DNA from: Euryarchaeota archaeon UBA182
GTDB taxonomy: Archaea; Thermoplasmatota; Poseidoniia; Poseidoniales; Thalassarchaeaceae
DNA: 64,000 nt
Assembly: GCA_002495675.1 (NCBI GenBank)
Contig: DAGH01000001.1
Span: 50,592-114,591 of the forward strand
Direction of reading: 5' to 3'
This document shows, piece by piece, positions 13,121 through 21,409 of the stretch. The notes beneath the pieces are model-generated. The model worked only from the letters and a program-made list of their open reading frames with translations. It did not search any database and was not told the origin of the DNA. The position numbers were made by a program, and so were the translations under genes. How positions within the stretch are numbered: position 1 is the stretch's first letter; each line of letters opens with the position of its first letter.

Positions 13121-15532
13121 TCACTCTTCTTCGTAGTGGTAATCTTCGTAATCCTCTTCGTAATCCTCTTCGTAGTCATCAGAGTAGTTTGTCTCCATAC
13201 GTCTCCGCTGTCTCCTTTTGTTGTTTTTCCCTAGTCTTGTCTGTAGCACAAATAGTGCACCTAGGCAGACAAGAACGGCAAAGATAACAGGAATGAGAGG
13301 AAAGCTCTCCAAGTCTTCCTGCGTTTGTATTTCTCCATCGTACGGCCTGTAGTCTGAGTTGTCCCCGATTCCATCAAGATCGGAGTCCTTCCACTCATCA
13401 GGATTCATCGGGAACTTGTCACTATTGTCACCCACACGATCTCCGTCAGTGTCCTTCCATTCCGAGGACAGGTCAGGGAAAGCATCCTCATTGTCACCAT
13501 AACCGTCCCTGTCTTTGTCAGAAGACTCATTGGGGTCATCAGGGAAGACATCGCCGTTGTCCCCAACGCCATCGCCATCCGAGTCGGTGGTCTCAGTCGC
13601 GTCATACGGGAAGACATCGCCATTGTCCCCGACGCCATCGCCATCCGAGTCGGTGGTCTCGTTCGGGTCCTCTGGGAAAGCATCCGAGTTGTCACCAAAA
13701 CCATCTCCGTCCGTGTCGTGAGTCTCGAGTGGGTTGCTTGGGAACGCATCAGCATTATTGCCTACGCCATCGTTGTCCATGTCTCCGGTCTCAGTCGCGT
13801 CGTACGGGAAGACATCGCCGTTGTCCCCGACGCCGTCTCCATCGGAATCGACTGTTTCATATGGATTAAGGGGGAATGCATCGCCGTTGTCCCCGACGCC
13901 GTCTCCATCGGAGTCGATCGACTCAGAGGGATCATTGGGGAAGAGGTCTCTGTTGTCTCCGACCCCATCCCCATCGCGATCACGCCAATCCAAGGCATCT
14001 GTGGGGAATGCATCCGCGTTGTCTCCGTAGCCATCCCCATCCGAATCAACAGTCTCCGATGGATCACCCGGGAAGGCGTCTGCGTTGTTGCCCACTCCAT
14101 CACCATCAGTATCTATCGTCTCCGATGGGTCATTGGGGAAGGCGTCTCCATTGTCACCGATACCATCACCGTCGCTATCTGCCCATTCCCCGGGCCACAG
14201 GGGAAACGCGTCTCCATTGTCCCCAACACCATCACCGTCCGAATCTAGGGTTTCCGTAGGGTCCTCTGGGAACAGGTCTGCATTGTCGCCAACACCGTCA
14301 CCGTCAGAATCGAACCACTCGTTGGGATCGCTTGGGAATACATCCACTGGGAAGCAGTACCCGTCGCCGTCACTGTCCCTCCAATCATTCGGGTCGTTGT
14401 CACACTCATCCGTGTTAGAGCCAACCCCATCTCCATCAGCATCAAGCCACTCATCTGGGTTGTAGATGAATGCATCCACATCATCGCGATAACCATCCCC
14501 GTCTGAGTCTCGGACAAAACCCTGGATGGCCCAGTCAAAGGCTTCGTCTGCCCACACGTCGGGTCCATCAAACGGAAAGAAATCGTTGTGCATCCCATCG
14601 TTTATCCTCCAATGAGTGACTCTCTCTCCCGCTCCGCAGTTGGGATAATCAAACACGTCCGTCTCGACTCCGGGCAAGTATGCAGAGAGATCCAGGCTAC
14701 CTTGGAGAACACGATTCTGATCGCATCCATACCTATTTGCCCAGTTGGAAAGAGTGGTATTTGCTCCGGGGTGGGGGGAGGGCCCTATCGGATTCCCAGC
14801 CATTGAGACTTGGGGGGCCCCATCGTAATCAACCCAATCATCGTCTGTAGCATGGACATGTAGGATGTCCGGGCTCCCTGTGTCTAGGCATTTGTTGAAA
14901 TCATTCCAGGTCACCCCATTCAAAGCCACAATCGATTTTATCATACTACCTCTTTCGCACGCCATTCTATGGCTCATGAATGCACCGTTGGAATAGCCCA
15001 TGAAGATGATACCCTCGGGGTCAGCGCCGTAATTTAGAACCGCGTCGTCCACAAGTGATTCCAACCAACTCACGTCATCTGTGTATGTTGGCCCCCAAGA
15101 TCCTCCTTGTATGCAACAAGCATCTGTGGCGTTCCAAAAACGAGGCTGTGGGAAGGCTTGCATGTGCCTCAGACCATCAGGCTTGAGTAGAAGGTGTTCA
15201 TTTTCATGAACGCTGTCGGTTAATACCATTCTGTCTACTATTCTTTGCCCGTACCCCCCAAATCCATGCATGGCTACGACGAGTGGGAGTGGCCGTGAGT
15301 AATCATGGCCTCCGGGCATTTCGAGTACGGCTGTTCGATCCGTTGGACCAACCATTACGGTGGTGTGTGATGCAGTGTACTGTATCGCTGAGCCAGTGTC
15401 CGATGAAGTGTACTTTCTTGATTGATTCTCAAGCTCAACTTCCGACGCTGACATCATCCAGGACAACGAAACTAACAATATCATGACACTCAAAACAAAT
15501 GCTTTCTTCTTTTGTCCGGCACATCTTTGCAT
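13121..15532 (-). CDS. Secreted, membrane-anchored alpha/beta-hydrolase (PHB-depolymerase/LpqC-like esterase) fused to 18 thrombospondin type-3-like Ca-binding repeats
   Basis: N-terminal signal-like segment MQRCAGQKKKAFVLSVMILLVSLSW. Esterase motifs VVAMHGFGGYG and GYSNGAFMS (GxSxG). There are 18 copies of a 22-aa unit, DSDGDGVGDNGDAFPxDPxETx. C-terminal TM is LIPVIFAVLVCLGALFVL, followed by a KNNKRRQRRR and acidic YEEDYEEDYEDY tail. Confidence 0.8.
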   Translation of the reverse strand: MQRCAGQKKKAFVLSVMILLVSLSWMMSASEVELENQSRKYTSSDTGSAIQYTASHTTVMVGPTDRTAVLEMPGGHDYSRPLPLVVAMHGFGGYGQRIVDRMVLTDSVHENEHLLLKPDGLRHMQAFPQPRFWNATDACCIQGGSWGPTYTDDVSWLESLVDDAVLNYGADPEGIIFMGYSNGAFMSHRMACERGSMIKSIVALNGVTWNDFNKCLDTGSPDILHVHATDDDWVDYDGAPQVSMAGNPIGPSPHPGANTTLSNWANRYGCDQNRVLQGSLDLSAYLPGVETDVFDYPNCGAGERVTHWRINDGMHNDFFPFDGPDVWADEAFDWAIQGFVRDSDGDGYRDDVDAFIYNPDEWLDADGDGVGSNTDECDNDPNDWRDSDGDGYCFPVDVFPSDPNEWFDSDGDGVGDNADLFPEDPTETLDSDGDGVGDNGDAFPLWPGEWADSDGDGIGDNGDAFPNDPSETIDTDGDGVGNNADAFPGDPSETVDSDGDGYGDNADAFPTDALDWRDRDGDGVGDNRDLFPNDPSESIDSDGDGVGDNGDAFPLNPYETVDSDGDGVGDNGDVFPYDATETGDMDNDGVGNNADAFPSNPLETHDTDGDGFGDNSDAFPEDPNETTDSDGDGVGDNGDVFPYDATETTDSDGDGVGDNGDVFPDDPNESSDKDRDGYGDNEDAFPDLSSEWKDTDGDRVGDNSDKFPMNPDEWKDSDLDGIGDNSDYRPYDGEIQTQEDLESFPLIPVIFAVLVCLGALFVLQTRLGKNNKRRQRRRMETNYSDDYEEDYEEDYEDYHYEEE
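13322..14509 (-). repeat. In-frame tandem array of about 18 copies of a 66-bp coding repeat (TSP3-like units)
   Basis: The repeat period is read directly from the protein (aa 342-737) and from recurring DNA strings such as gacatcgccgttgtccccgacgcc. The coordinates are approximate. Confidence 0.8.
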
Positions 15533-15631
15533 AGATTAAACCAGTGTCCTTGGTTATATGTCCTTTTCCCAAATATTGAGTCCTCCTAGGGGTGTATATT
15601 CCAATTTTGTTTTTTATATTGACTTGAACGG

Positions 15632-15641
15632 ACTATAATAT
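15632..15641 (+). promoter_or_regulatory. Candidate archaeal TATA box (ctataatata), about 25-33 nt upstream of the ATG at 15665
   Basis: AT-rich element in the intergenic region. The spacing is compatible with a leaderless or short-leader transcript. It is a sequence pattern only. Confidence 0.3.
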
Positions 15642-15664
15642 AGTCAAAGTGATGCCATTGTCGC

Positions 15665-16171
15665 ATGACTCGATTTACTTTCTTGGGTTTGAACATGCCA
15701 CAGATGACAGCAGCGATAGGGTACCTACTGGTCGCACTAGGATCTGTATTCTGGATTTTTACAGGGTATGTCACGGCTTTGTTCCCAGCGCTCTTCGGTG
15801 GGTTGATGGTTTTCTCTTCGCTCGGCTCAAGGATGAGACCAGAGAAGAATGCGCTATTCATGCACATCGCAGTCCTGGCATCGCTTACAGCCACAATCCT
15901 AGGTGTCGTGACGATTGCCATCGATCCTCAGTGGTCAACCTCCGCTGCGGCAGTGGAACAGTTGCTGATGACCGTCTTGTCGGGTTCTCATCTCGGTGTT
16001 TCCATCGCCTCATTCACATACGGGACTCCCGATGACGCGGAGGCGGAAAGGCGCTGCGGTCATGACAGCAACCAATGGGCCATCCCATCCTCAAATAACA
16101 CAATGAATTACCCATCCGCCAACGAGTCATCCATGGCTGCGACGATTTTGCTAACGTCCCCACGCAAGTGA
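15665..16171 (+). CDS. Small integral membrane protein (about 4 TM helices), function unknown
   Basis: Hydrophobic segments are AAIGYLLVALGSVFWIF, ALFPALFGGLMVF, MHIAVLASLTATILGVV and LLMTVLSGSHLGV. It was preferred over the overlapping 128-aa (+) and 111-aa (-) ORFs. Confidence 0.5.
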   Translation: MTRFTFLGLNMPQMTAAIGYLLVALGSVFWIFTGYVTALFPALFGGLMVFSSLGSRMRPEKNALFMHIAVLASLTATILGVVTIAIDPQWSTSAAAVEQLLMTVLSGSHLGVSIASFTYGTPDDAEAERRCGHDSNQWAIPSSNNTMNYPSANESSMAATILLTSPRK

Positions 16172-16227
16172 GTACCCGAAACCCCATCGAACACAAGCGA
16201 TATGAGGGCAATCGCGATAGCCACTCC

Positions 16228-16641
16228 ATGGTATTCAGGTCTTCCCGTGGGATAGACTTCCCCATGGTTGATCTCGCTGGCATAGTTTACTACCCTAGGT
16301 ATTGGGATCTAGCACACGTTTTCTTTGAGGAAATTTGGGAGCCATTGTGCGGGATCAGCTATCCTGCCGTACTCAAGGAAAAGCGGTTGGCATTGCCTTT
16401 GGTACACAGCGAAGCTACATTCCACAAACCCATGATCTATGGTGATGTCGCTCATTGTGAGATATCCGTCATCAAAATGGGAAAGACGTCGATATCTTGG
16501 CGATTCAGGATCCATAATCAATCAAACGAGCTATGCTGGAGTGCGATACAAACTACCGTATGTACAAGTATGGATTCTATTGGCGATAAATTAGAAATCC
16601 CAACGTGGGTCAGAGAAGGCTTGGATCGCATCTTGGAATGA
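16228..16641 (+). CDS. Acyl-CoA thioesterase, 4HBT/YbgC-like hotdog fold
   Basis: VDLAGIVYYPRYWDLAHVFFEE...LPLVHSEATFHKPMIYGD...ISWRFRI matches the YbgC/FadM pattern. The start is taken at MVFRSS. The ORF track starts at 16168. Confidence 0.7.
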   Translation: MVFRSSRGIDFPMVDLAGIVYYPRYWDLAHVFFEEIWEPLCGISYPAVLKEKRLALPLVHSEATFHKPMIYGDVAHCEISVIKMGKTSISWRFRIHNQSNELCWSAIQTTVCTSMDSIGDKLEIPTWVREGLDRILE

Positions 16642-16643
16642 AA

Positions 16644-17042
16644 TCAGGGTTTAGGCCATTTCTTCCCAAGCGCCTTCCTAAGTGAATCGTCCATCTTCGC
16701 GTCCCACCAATTCGCATCCCTCCAAATTGCATACCGTCCACGTATGCCCCTTAGGTCTGTTCCATCCATTTTAGCGCCCTGCATGTTGGAGAGACTCAAC
16801 TTAGCTTTGACGAACCGGGCATCTCTCATGTCAGATCCGTCCAACGCAGCTTTCATCAAATTCGCATGTTTGAAGGAGGCTCCTCGCATGTCGGCACCGG
16901 ATAAATCAGCTCCTTCAAGATCTGATCCATCAAAGATCGCCCGACGCAGGTCAGCACCAGAAAGATCCGCCCCTCTGAGGTCTGCCCGTACATGGGAAGT
17001 GTATGACCAATCCTTCCGCTCATCCTCTTGCTTATTCTTCAC
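16644..17042 (-). CDS. Pentapeptide-repeat protein
   Basis: Runs of A(D/N)LxG units: ADLRGADLSGADLRRAIFDGSDLEGADLSGADMRGASF... The GTG start forms a GTGA overlap with the stop of the upstream gene. Confidence 0.8.
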   Translation of the reverse strand: MKNKQEDERKDWSYTSHVRADLRGADLSGADLRRAIFDGSDLEGADLSGADMRGASFKHANLMKAALDGSDMRDARFVKAKLSLSNMQGAKMDGTDLRGIRGRYAIWRDANWWDAKMDDSLRKALGKKWPKP

Positions 17043-17563
17043 GCTGATAGCCTCTCTAGATGTTCGACCCCCGCGCTTGTAAGTATTACATGCCGGTTTT
17101 TGTCCTTGCCCGGTGGATAGGTTAACAACGGGGTCTTATCGTCTCCGCCCCCTCCCTCGACCATTCTGTTAATGTACAGAGATATGTTCCACTTCTCTAT
17201 GTCTTCCTCCGTCCATTTTCCAGTCGAAGATAACAATTTCTTGAGTACCCTCGGCGGGGAATCGTCTTCCATCTCAACCGTTCGAAGATAGTAGATCGCA
17301 GCTAGAATGAGGTCAGTTGTCCTGTGAAGACCACAATTATCGATCATCCTTGCAAGACCGGCACCCTTCTTCGATGGAAGTTCGTTGTATAGCATGCTTG
17401 CGTCTTGACTTGCCCTCGATATCAGTGCGACAGATGACTTCCAATCATCTTCATCCTTGATGCTTTGCCACCGGTCGTTTATCTCCCTGATGCTTCCACT
17501 GAGTGACACCTCCACATCACCGATCTGTAGGTACAGTCGAGCTTCGTCAACCTCATCCTCCAT
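17039..17563 (-). CDS. Hypothetical protein, possibly with a winged-helix-like C-terminal half
   Basis: The ORF is translationally coupled to the pentapeptide-repeat gene. The start is taken at MEDEVDEARLY (17563) to leave a 103-bp divergent intergenic region. The ORF track extends to 17674. The fold assignment is a guess. Confidence 0.45.
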   Translation of the reverse strand: MEDEVDEARLYLQIGDVEVSLSGSIREINDRWQSIKDEDDWKSSVALISRASQDASMLYNELPSKKGAGLARMIDNCGLHRTTDLILAAIYYLRTVEMEDDSPPRVLKKLLSSTGKWTEEDIEKWNISLYINRMVEGGGGDDKTPLLTYPPGKDKNRHVILTSAGVEHLERLSA

Positions 17564-17666
17564 GGTGACGGCTTGATCGAGGATTATGTTAATTGTTTGT
17601 GCTCGTAAATCGCGAAAGTGAATGACTCCAAACGACCGTTGATTTGAAGATGAGCCAACCACTCCA

Positions 17667-18443
17667 ATGGACATGGCAGACGCAACTGGAGAAGGCTACC
17701 CTCTAGTTCTACAGAGCGGCGCTGACCCTTCGACTCTTGGCGGCGTCGCAGTATGCGGACTGACCACGGTCGGATCAGTGGGTGTTATCGCAGCCTCCCA
17801 CCTCATTGCATCGCTGGGATTGAAGCCTATGGGGACCGTTATACACCCTGAATTCCCAGCAGTCGCTCTAATTCAGGAATCAGTCCCGAAACATCCTGTG
17901 AGGGTGTATCAAGGCGAGGAAATGGGTGTGTTCATATCTGAGATTCAATTCCCCCAAGCAAGCGACTTTCAGTTCGGAAATACAGTATTGGAGTGGTTCC
18001 AAAAAGGAGGCTTTGATAGATTGGTCATCATTGACGGTCTTGTTAGTGAAGATCTTGGGCTCAAAGAAGATGGAGATATTTGGGGCGTGGCATCCCTCCA
18101 GAGCGGTCGAGATGCTTTGGACACAGTGGGTATTCAGCGAATCCAGCAAGGCATTGTGACAGGAGTCTCCGGATTTTTGTTGGCAGAGGGCGAGAGACAA
18201 GGGTTGGACATCACGGTCCTCCTTGCAGAATGCAATCCAGTCTATCCAGATGCCCGGGCAGCTTTGATTGCCGTCGAATCACTATGTGATTTGATGGATA
18301 TCGAAATACCCGTCCAAACCTTGTTGGATGAAGCCAGGGAAATTGAGAACCGTGTCAGGGAAGCGTTCGAGAGGGCCCAATCATCTGCATTGCCAGCGCC
18401 AAAAGACGACCCAGACGATGACGAAATAAGTATGGTGTACTGA
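17667..18443 (+). CDS. PAC2-family protein (second paralog, 258 aa)
   Basis: GGVAVCGLTTVGSVGVIAASHLIASLGLKPMGTV...PAVALI... and the C-terminal helical region are typical of PAC2/PbaA-PbaB proteins. Confidence 0.7.
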   Translation: MDMADATGEGYPLVLQSGADPSTLGGVAVCGLTTVGSVGVIAASHLIASLGLKPMGTVIHPEFPAVALIQESVPKHPVRVYQGEEMGVFISEIQFPQASDFQFGNTVLEWFQKGGFDRLVIIDGLVSEDLGLKEDGDIWGVASLQSGRDALDTVGIQRIQQGIVTGVSGFLLAEGERQGLDITVLLAECNPVYPDARAALIAVESLCDLMDIEIPVQTLLDEAREIENRVREAFERAQSSALPAPKDDPDDDEISMVY

Positions 18444-18450
18444 TTTCTGG

Positions 18451-19014
18451 TCAGTAGAACGGATTAGTACCAGCCGCGTGGTCGGTCGCGTCAATCACCT
18501 CGATTATCTCGGGGACATTCTCCATGATCATTACCTCTACGCCCTGCTTCAGGGTCACGTCAGCCATACCACATCCCTGACATCCACCGCCAAACGCAAT
18601 GATCGCCTTTCCATCGTCTACCCCAACGAGGTCCACATGCCCGCCATGTGAGGCTACAGCGGGATTCACATTTTTGTCGATTACTTCCGCTACTTTCTTT
18701 GACAGATCGTCCAACCAGAGTGGGTTGGGGTTGTCGAAGCTAAAACCCCCTCCCATGAGAGTCTCCTTGAAATCCAGAGTAGCACCATCAAGGTACTTGG
18801 CGCTTCTAGACGCTATTCTGACTTGGAATCCCCTGATTTCTTGGGTCACATCATCCTCTTTCGATTCCTCGCTACTGACGAATTGGAGGTCATACTGAAA
18901 GCCCTTGGGGCCACGTCCTACGATCTCTATTCTCAGAGCCATGGCAACCCCCTCCTCTGCCTGTGCGGAGTAGTGCAATAGCATCTCATGGGCCCTATCG
19001 CTGATCGTTAGCAT
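18451..19014 (-). CDS. NfuA-like Fe-S cluster carrier (degenerate A-type N-domain plus Nfu/NifU C-domain)
   Basis: C-domain VASHGGHVDLVGVDDGKAIIAFGGGCQGCGMADVTLK (CxxC). The start is taken at MLTISDRAHEML. The ORF track extends to 19179. Confidence 0.75.
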   Translation of the reverse strand: MLTISDRAHEMLLHYSAQAEEGVAMALRIEIVGRGPKGFQYDLQFVSSEESKEDDVTQEIRGFQVRIASRSAKYLDGATLDFKETLMGGGFSFDNPNPLWLDDLSKKVAEVIDKNVNPAVASHGGHVDLVGVDDGKAIIAFGGGCQGCGMADVTLKQGVEVMIMENVPEIIEVIDATDHAAGTNPFY

Positions 19015-19096
19015 TGAACTTGGCAAGGGGCAGTGAGACTTGAACCTACTTCTAACCCGGAAGCCTAATTCTGATGGATCGATTGGGCTGGTCGAA

Positions 19097-20089
19097 ATGG
19101 TCACACTCCTAGACAAATTTGGTCGCCCCTTGCGGGACCTGAGGATTTCCGTCACGGACAGGTGTAATTTCAGATGCACTTACTGCATGCCAAAAGAGGT
19201 ATTTGGCAAGGACTTCCCATACCTTGAGAAGAATCACATAATGACTTTTGAAGAAATTGACAGAATCGTCGGCATATTCACTGGGCTTGGCGTAACCAAG
19301 GTTCGGCTCACTGGGGGTGAACCACTTTTGAGAAAGAACCTGTCCGAATTAGTCTCCATCCTTTCGATGAGGGAAATAGAACTTGCATTGACTACAAACG
19401 GGGTGTTGTTGCCACGATACGCACCAGCTCTGTCAGCAGCTGGTTTGGACCGGGTGACAGTAAGTCTGGATGCCATTGATGAGGGCACGTTCGCCTCGAT
19501 TACCGATTCGGGTCACACCGTGGCCGCAGTCCTAGCGGGCATAGAGGCCGCAGAGTCAGTAGGACTCGGACCCATAAAAATCAACACTGTCGTGAAACGG
19601 AATGTGAATGAGAGTGAGATGCTCGATCTGATCGCCAGGTTCTCCAACAGGGATATTGCTGTGAGGTTCATCGAATACATGGACGTTGGAAGCACCAACG
19701 GTTGGAAAATGGACGATGTGGTTCCAGCCCAGGAGATCCGTCAGATCGTTGGTGTGTCAGAGGCCATCACGCCAGATAAGCCCAACGATGTAGCCAAAAT
19801 GTACAGGTTGAAGGACGGAGGCGAAGTGGGTATAATTTCCAGCGTCACTGAGCCATTTTGCGGTACTTGCTCCAGAGCGAGAATATCTGCGGATGGGCGC
19901 CTATTCCTTTGCCTGTTCTCGAACAAGGGTTTGGACCTCTTGAGTCCGTTGAGGCAAGGTCGGAGTGACGAGTACCTGGAGGAGGAGATATCGCGCTTCT
20001 GGAGGTCTAGAAGCGATAGGTACTCGGAGATAAGGACAGACTCACAAAAGGACAGGAACAGAATCGAAATGTCCTACATAGGTGGATGA
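19097..20089 (+). CDS. moaA: GTP 3',8-cyclase MoaA (radical SAM, molybdenum cofactor biosynthesis)
   Basis: LRISVTDRCNFRCTYCMP (CxxxCxxC), the C-terminal Cys cluster CGTCSRARISADG, and the terminal ...IGG. The start is taken at MVTLLDKFGRP. The ORF track starts at 19040. Confidence 0.85.
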   Translation: MVTLLDKFGRPLRDLRISVTDRCNFRCTYCMPKEVFGKDFPYLEKNHIMTFEEIDRIVGIFTGLGVTKVRLTGGEPLLRKNLSELVSILSMREIELALTTNGVLLPRYAPALSAAGLDRVTVSLDAIDEGTFASITDSGHTVAAVLAGIEAAESVGLGPIKINTVVKRNVNESEMLDLIARFSNRDIAVRFIEYMDVGSTNGWKMDDVVPAQEIRQIVGVSEAITPDKPNDVAKMYRLKDGGEVGIISSVTEPFCGTCSRARISADGRLFLCLFSNKGLDLLSPLRQGRSDEYLEEEISRFWRSRSDRYSEIRTDSQKDRNRIEMSYIGG

Positions 20090-20096
20090 TACTCAA

Positions 20097-21368
20097 TCAG
20101 ACTCTGTTTTCATAGAGGTCGACAATCGAGCTCCATGGAGCATCGGTCCTGAAGGAAGGCTCTCCATAGTGCGATACCTCCGCTGAGTGACCCATTGATT
20201 TGAGGCCTTCCGCCATCTTCAGCGGGCTCGGGGGACCACCTCCGCCCAAGAATCCCGGAAGCGAGTCAGTCACAACTAAGTGAGTGCCATGTATGGCATT
20301 GGCCTCCTTTGCGATATTCCTGACTGCTTTCCTCGCGTACTTCTGTTCGTTTGTCTCGAGCGCTGAATCCCCCGATCCGCATATCAGCGAAGCCGCTTCA
20401 CCTGACAGGGATCTCATCACTTCAGCGTTCCCCATGATCCCGGTCCATAGCGGCCCTGAAACATTGGATCTATCGGAGGGGCTTGCACTCAACGGCAGCA
20501 TGAGGTGCATCGGGGTGCTCCCTGAATCATGGGGTGGCAGCAGACCAGCCTCTATCGCCAATTCAACGTCTTTCTGAGAAGGGCTGGCAACTCTCCATCC
20601 GATGGAATCTTGGTGAGCGTTGGCCCCTCTCTTTGACTTATCCACGAGAACTGTGACCCTCAAGTGATGCGAGTCCCAAACGGATAGAAGGGGGGTGATG
20701 ACCCGATCATGTCGCGCCGCTGCGACAGCAGCCGCCGCTAGGAGAACCCTAAGCCCGCTGTCGTGTTTCAGGCTATCTAGACGCACCTGAGCGCCATACC
20801 TCCTTTTCAGCGGCCCCCTGGATGATCCGCTCAATGCGGCTGTGTCCGTCGCACTTATCGAAACTACAGCTCTTCGCGCAGTTGCTTGCATCGCTAGGTC
20901 CAGGAATGGCATCGGAGATCCATAGGGATCTATGTCAATCCAGTGCCAGCCTTGGGAAAGGAGTTCCCTCCTTGCATCCCCCCGAATCACAGATACATTG
21001 TGTCCAAGGGGGTCGTGGCGCAGATTTGAACGAGCCCACTCAAGCGCATTTTCATTCATGTCACACATTTTTACTCTCAGCCTGGATGCTATCGCTCTAG
21101 GGAGTTCGTTCAACCACCGCCTTGTTCTTATTCCCGTTGCGCACATCGAATCGATGGTCTGAATCTTCTGAACCCCCCTCAGCGAGGAATTGGCCAGGTG
21201 TTTGAGCATCAACACACTACGTGTTCTGTTTCCTGACATAGCTGGGTTGAGAAAACCACCCCCGTCCTTGCCCGCAGGACCCCTCCTGCTCCGATCAACG
21301 GCGATAGGGACTCTGTGTTCTGTAGATCCCTCCAGGTAAGGGACCCCCGGCCATCCATGTGGGTCCAT
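20097..21368 (-). CDS. trm1: tRNA (guanine26-N2)-dimethyltransferase Trm1
   Basis: FLNPAMSGNRTRSV, DSMCATGIRTRR and IDIDPYGSPMPFLD motifs. Confidence 0.8.
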   Translation of the reverse strand: MDPHGWPGVPYLEGSTEHRVPIAVDRSRRGPAGKDGGGFLNPAMSGNRTRSVLMLKHLANSSLRGVQKIQTIDSMCATGIRTRRWLNELPRAIASRLRVKMCDMNENALEWARSNLRHDPLGHNVSVIRGDARRELLSQGWHWIDIDPYGSPMPFLDLAMQATARRAVVSISATDTAALSGSSRGPLKRRYGAQVRLDSLKHDSGLRVLLAAAAVAAARHDRVITPLLSVWDSHHLRVTVLVDKSKRGANAHQDSIGWRVASPSQKDVELAIEAGLLPPHDSGSTPMHLMLPLSASPSDRSNVSGPLWTGIMGNAEVMRSLSGEAASLICGSGDSALETNEQKYARKAVRNIAKEANAIHGTHLVVTDSLPGFLGGGGPPSPLKMAEGLKSMGHSAEVSHYGEPSFRTDAPWSSIVDLYENRV

Positions 21369-21409
21369 GCGTGCACGCGGGGCTGGGCATTCATGGATTG
21401 CTCGCTCAA

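Noticed and set aside
13322-14509. Regular 66-bp periodicity that could be mistaken for a CRISPR array or a satellite.
   Set aside because: There are no unique spacers between the repeats. The period is a multiple of three, and it translates in frame into 22-aa Ca-binding units inside a long ORF.
13405-14598. At least eight overlapping ORFs of 68-176 aa, on both strands and in alternate frames.
   Set aside because: They are shadow ORFs created by the stop-poor GAY/GGN-rich repeat DNA. Their products are low-complexity Ser/Pro/Thr/Met strings.
15586-16035. Competing ORFs of 111 aa (-) and 128 aa (+) that overlap the 168-aa membrane-protein ORF.
   Set aside because: The 168-aa frame gives clean TM helices and a plausible TATA-to-ATG spacing. 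The alternatives are Arg/Cys-rich or lack structure. Confidence in this locus remains moderate.
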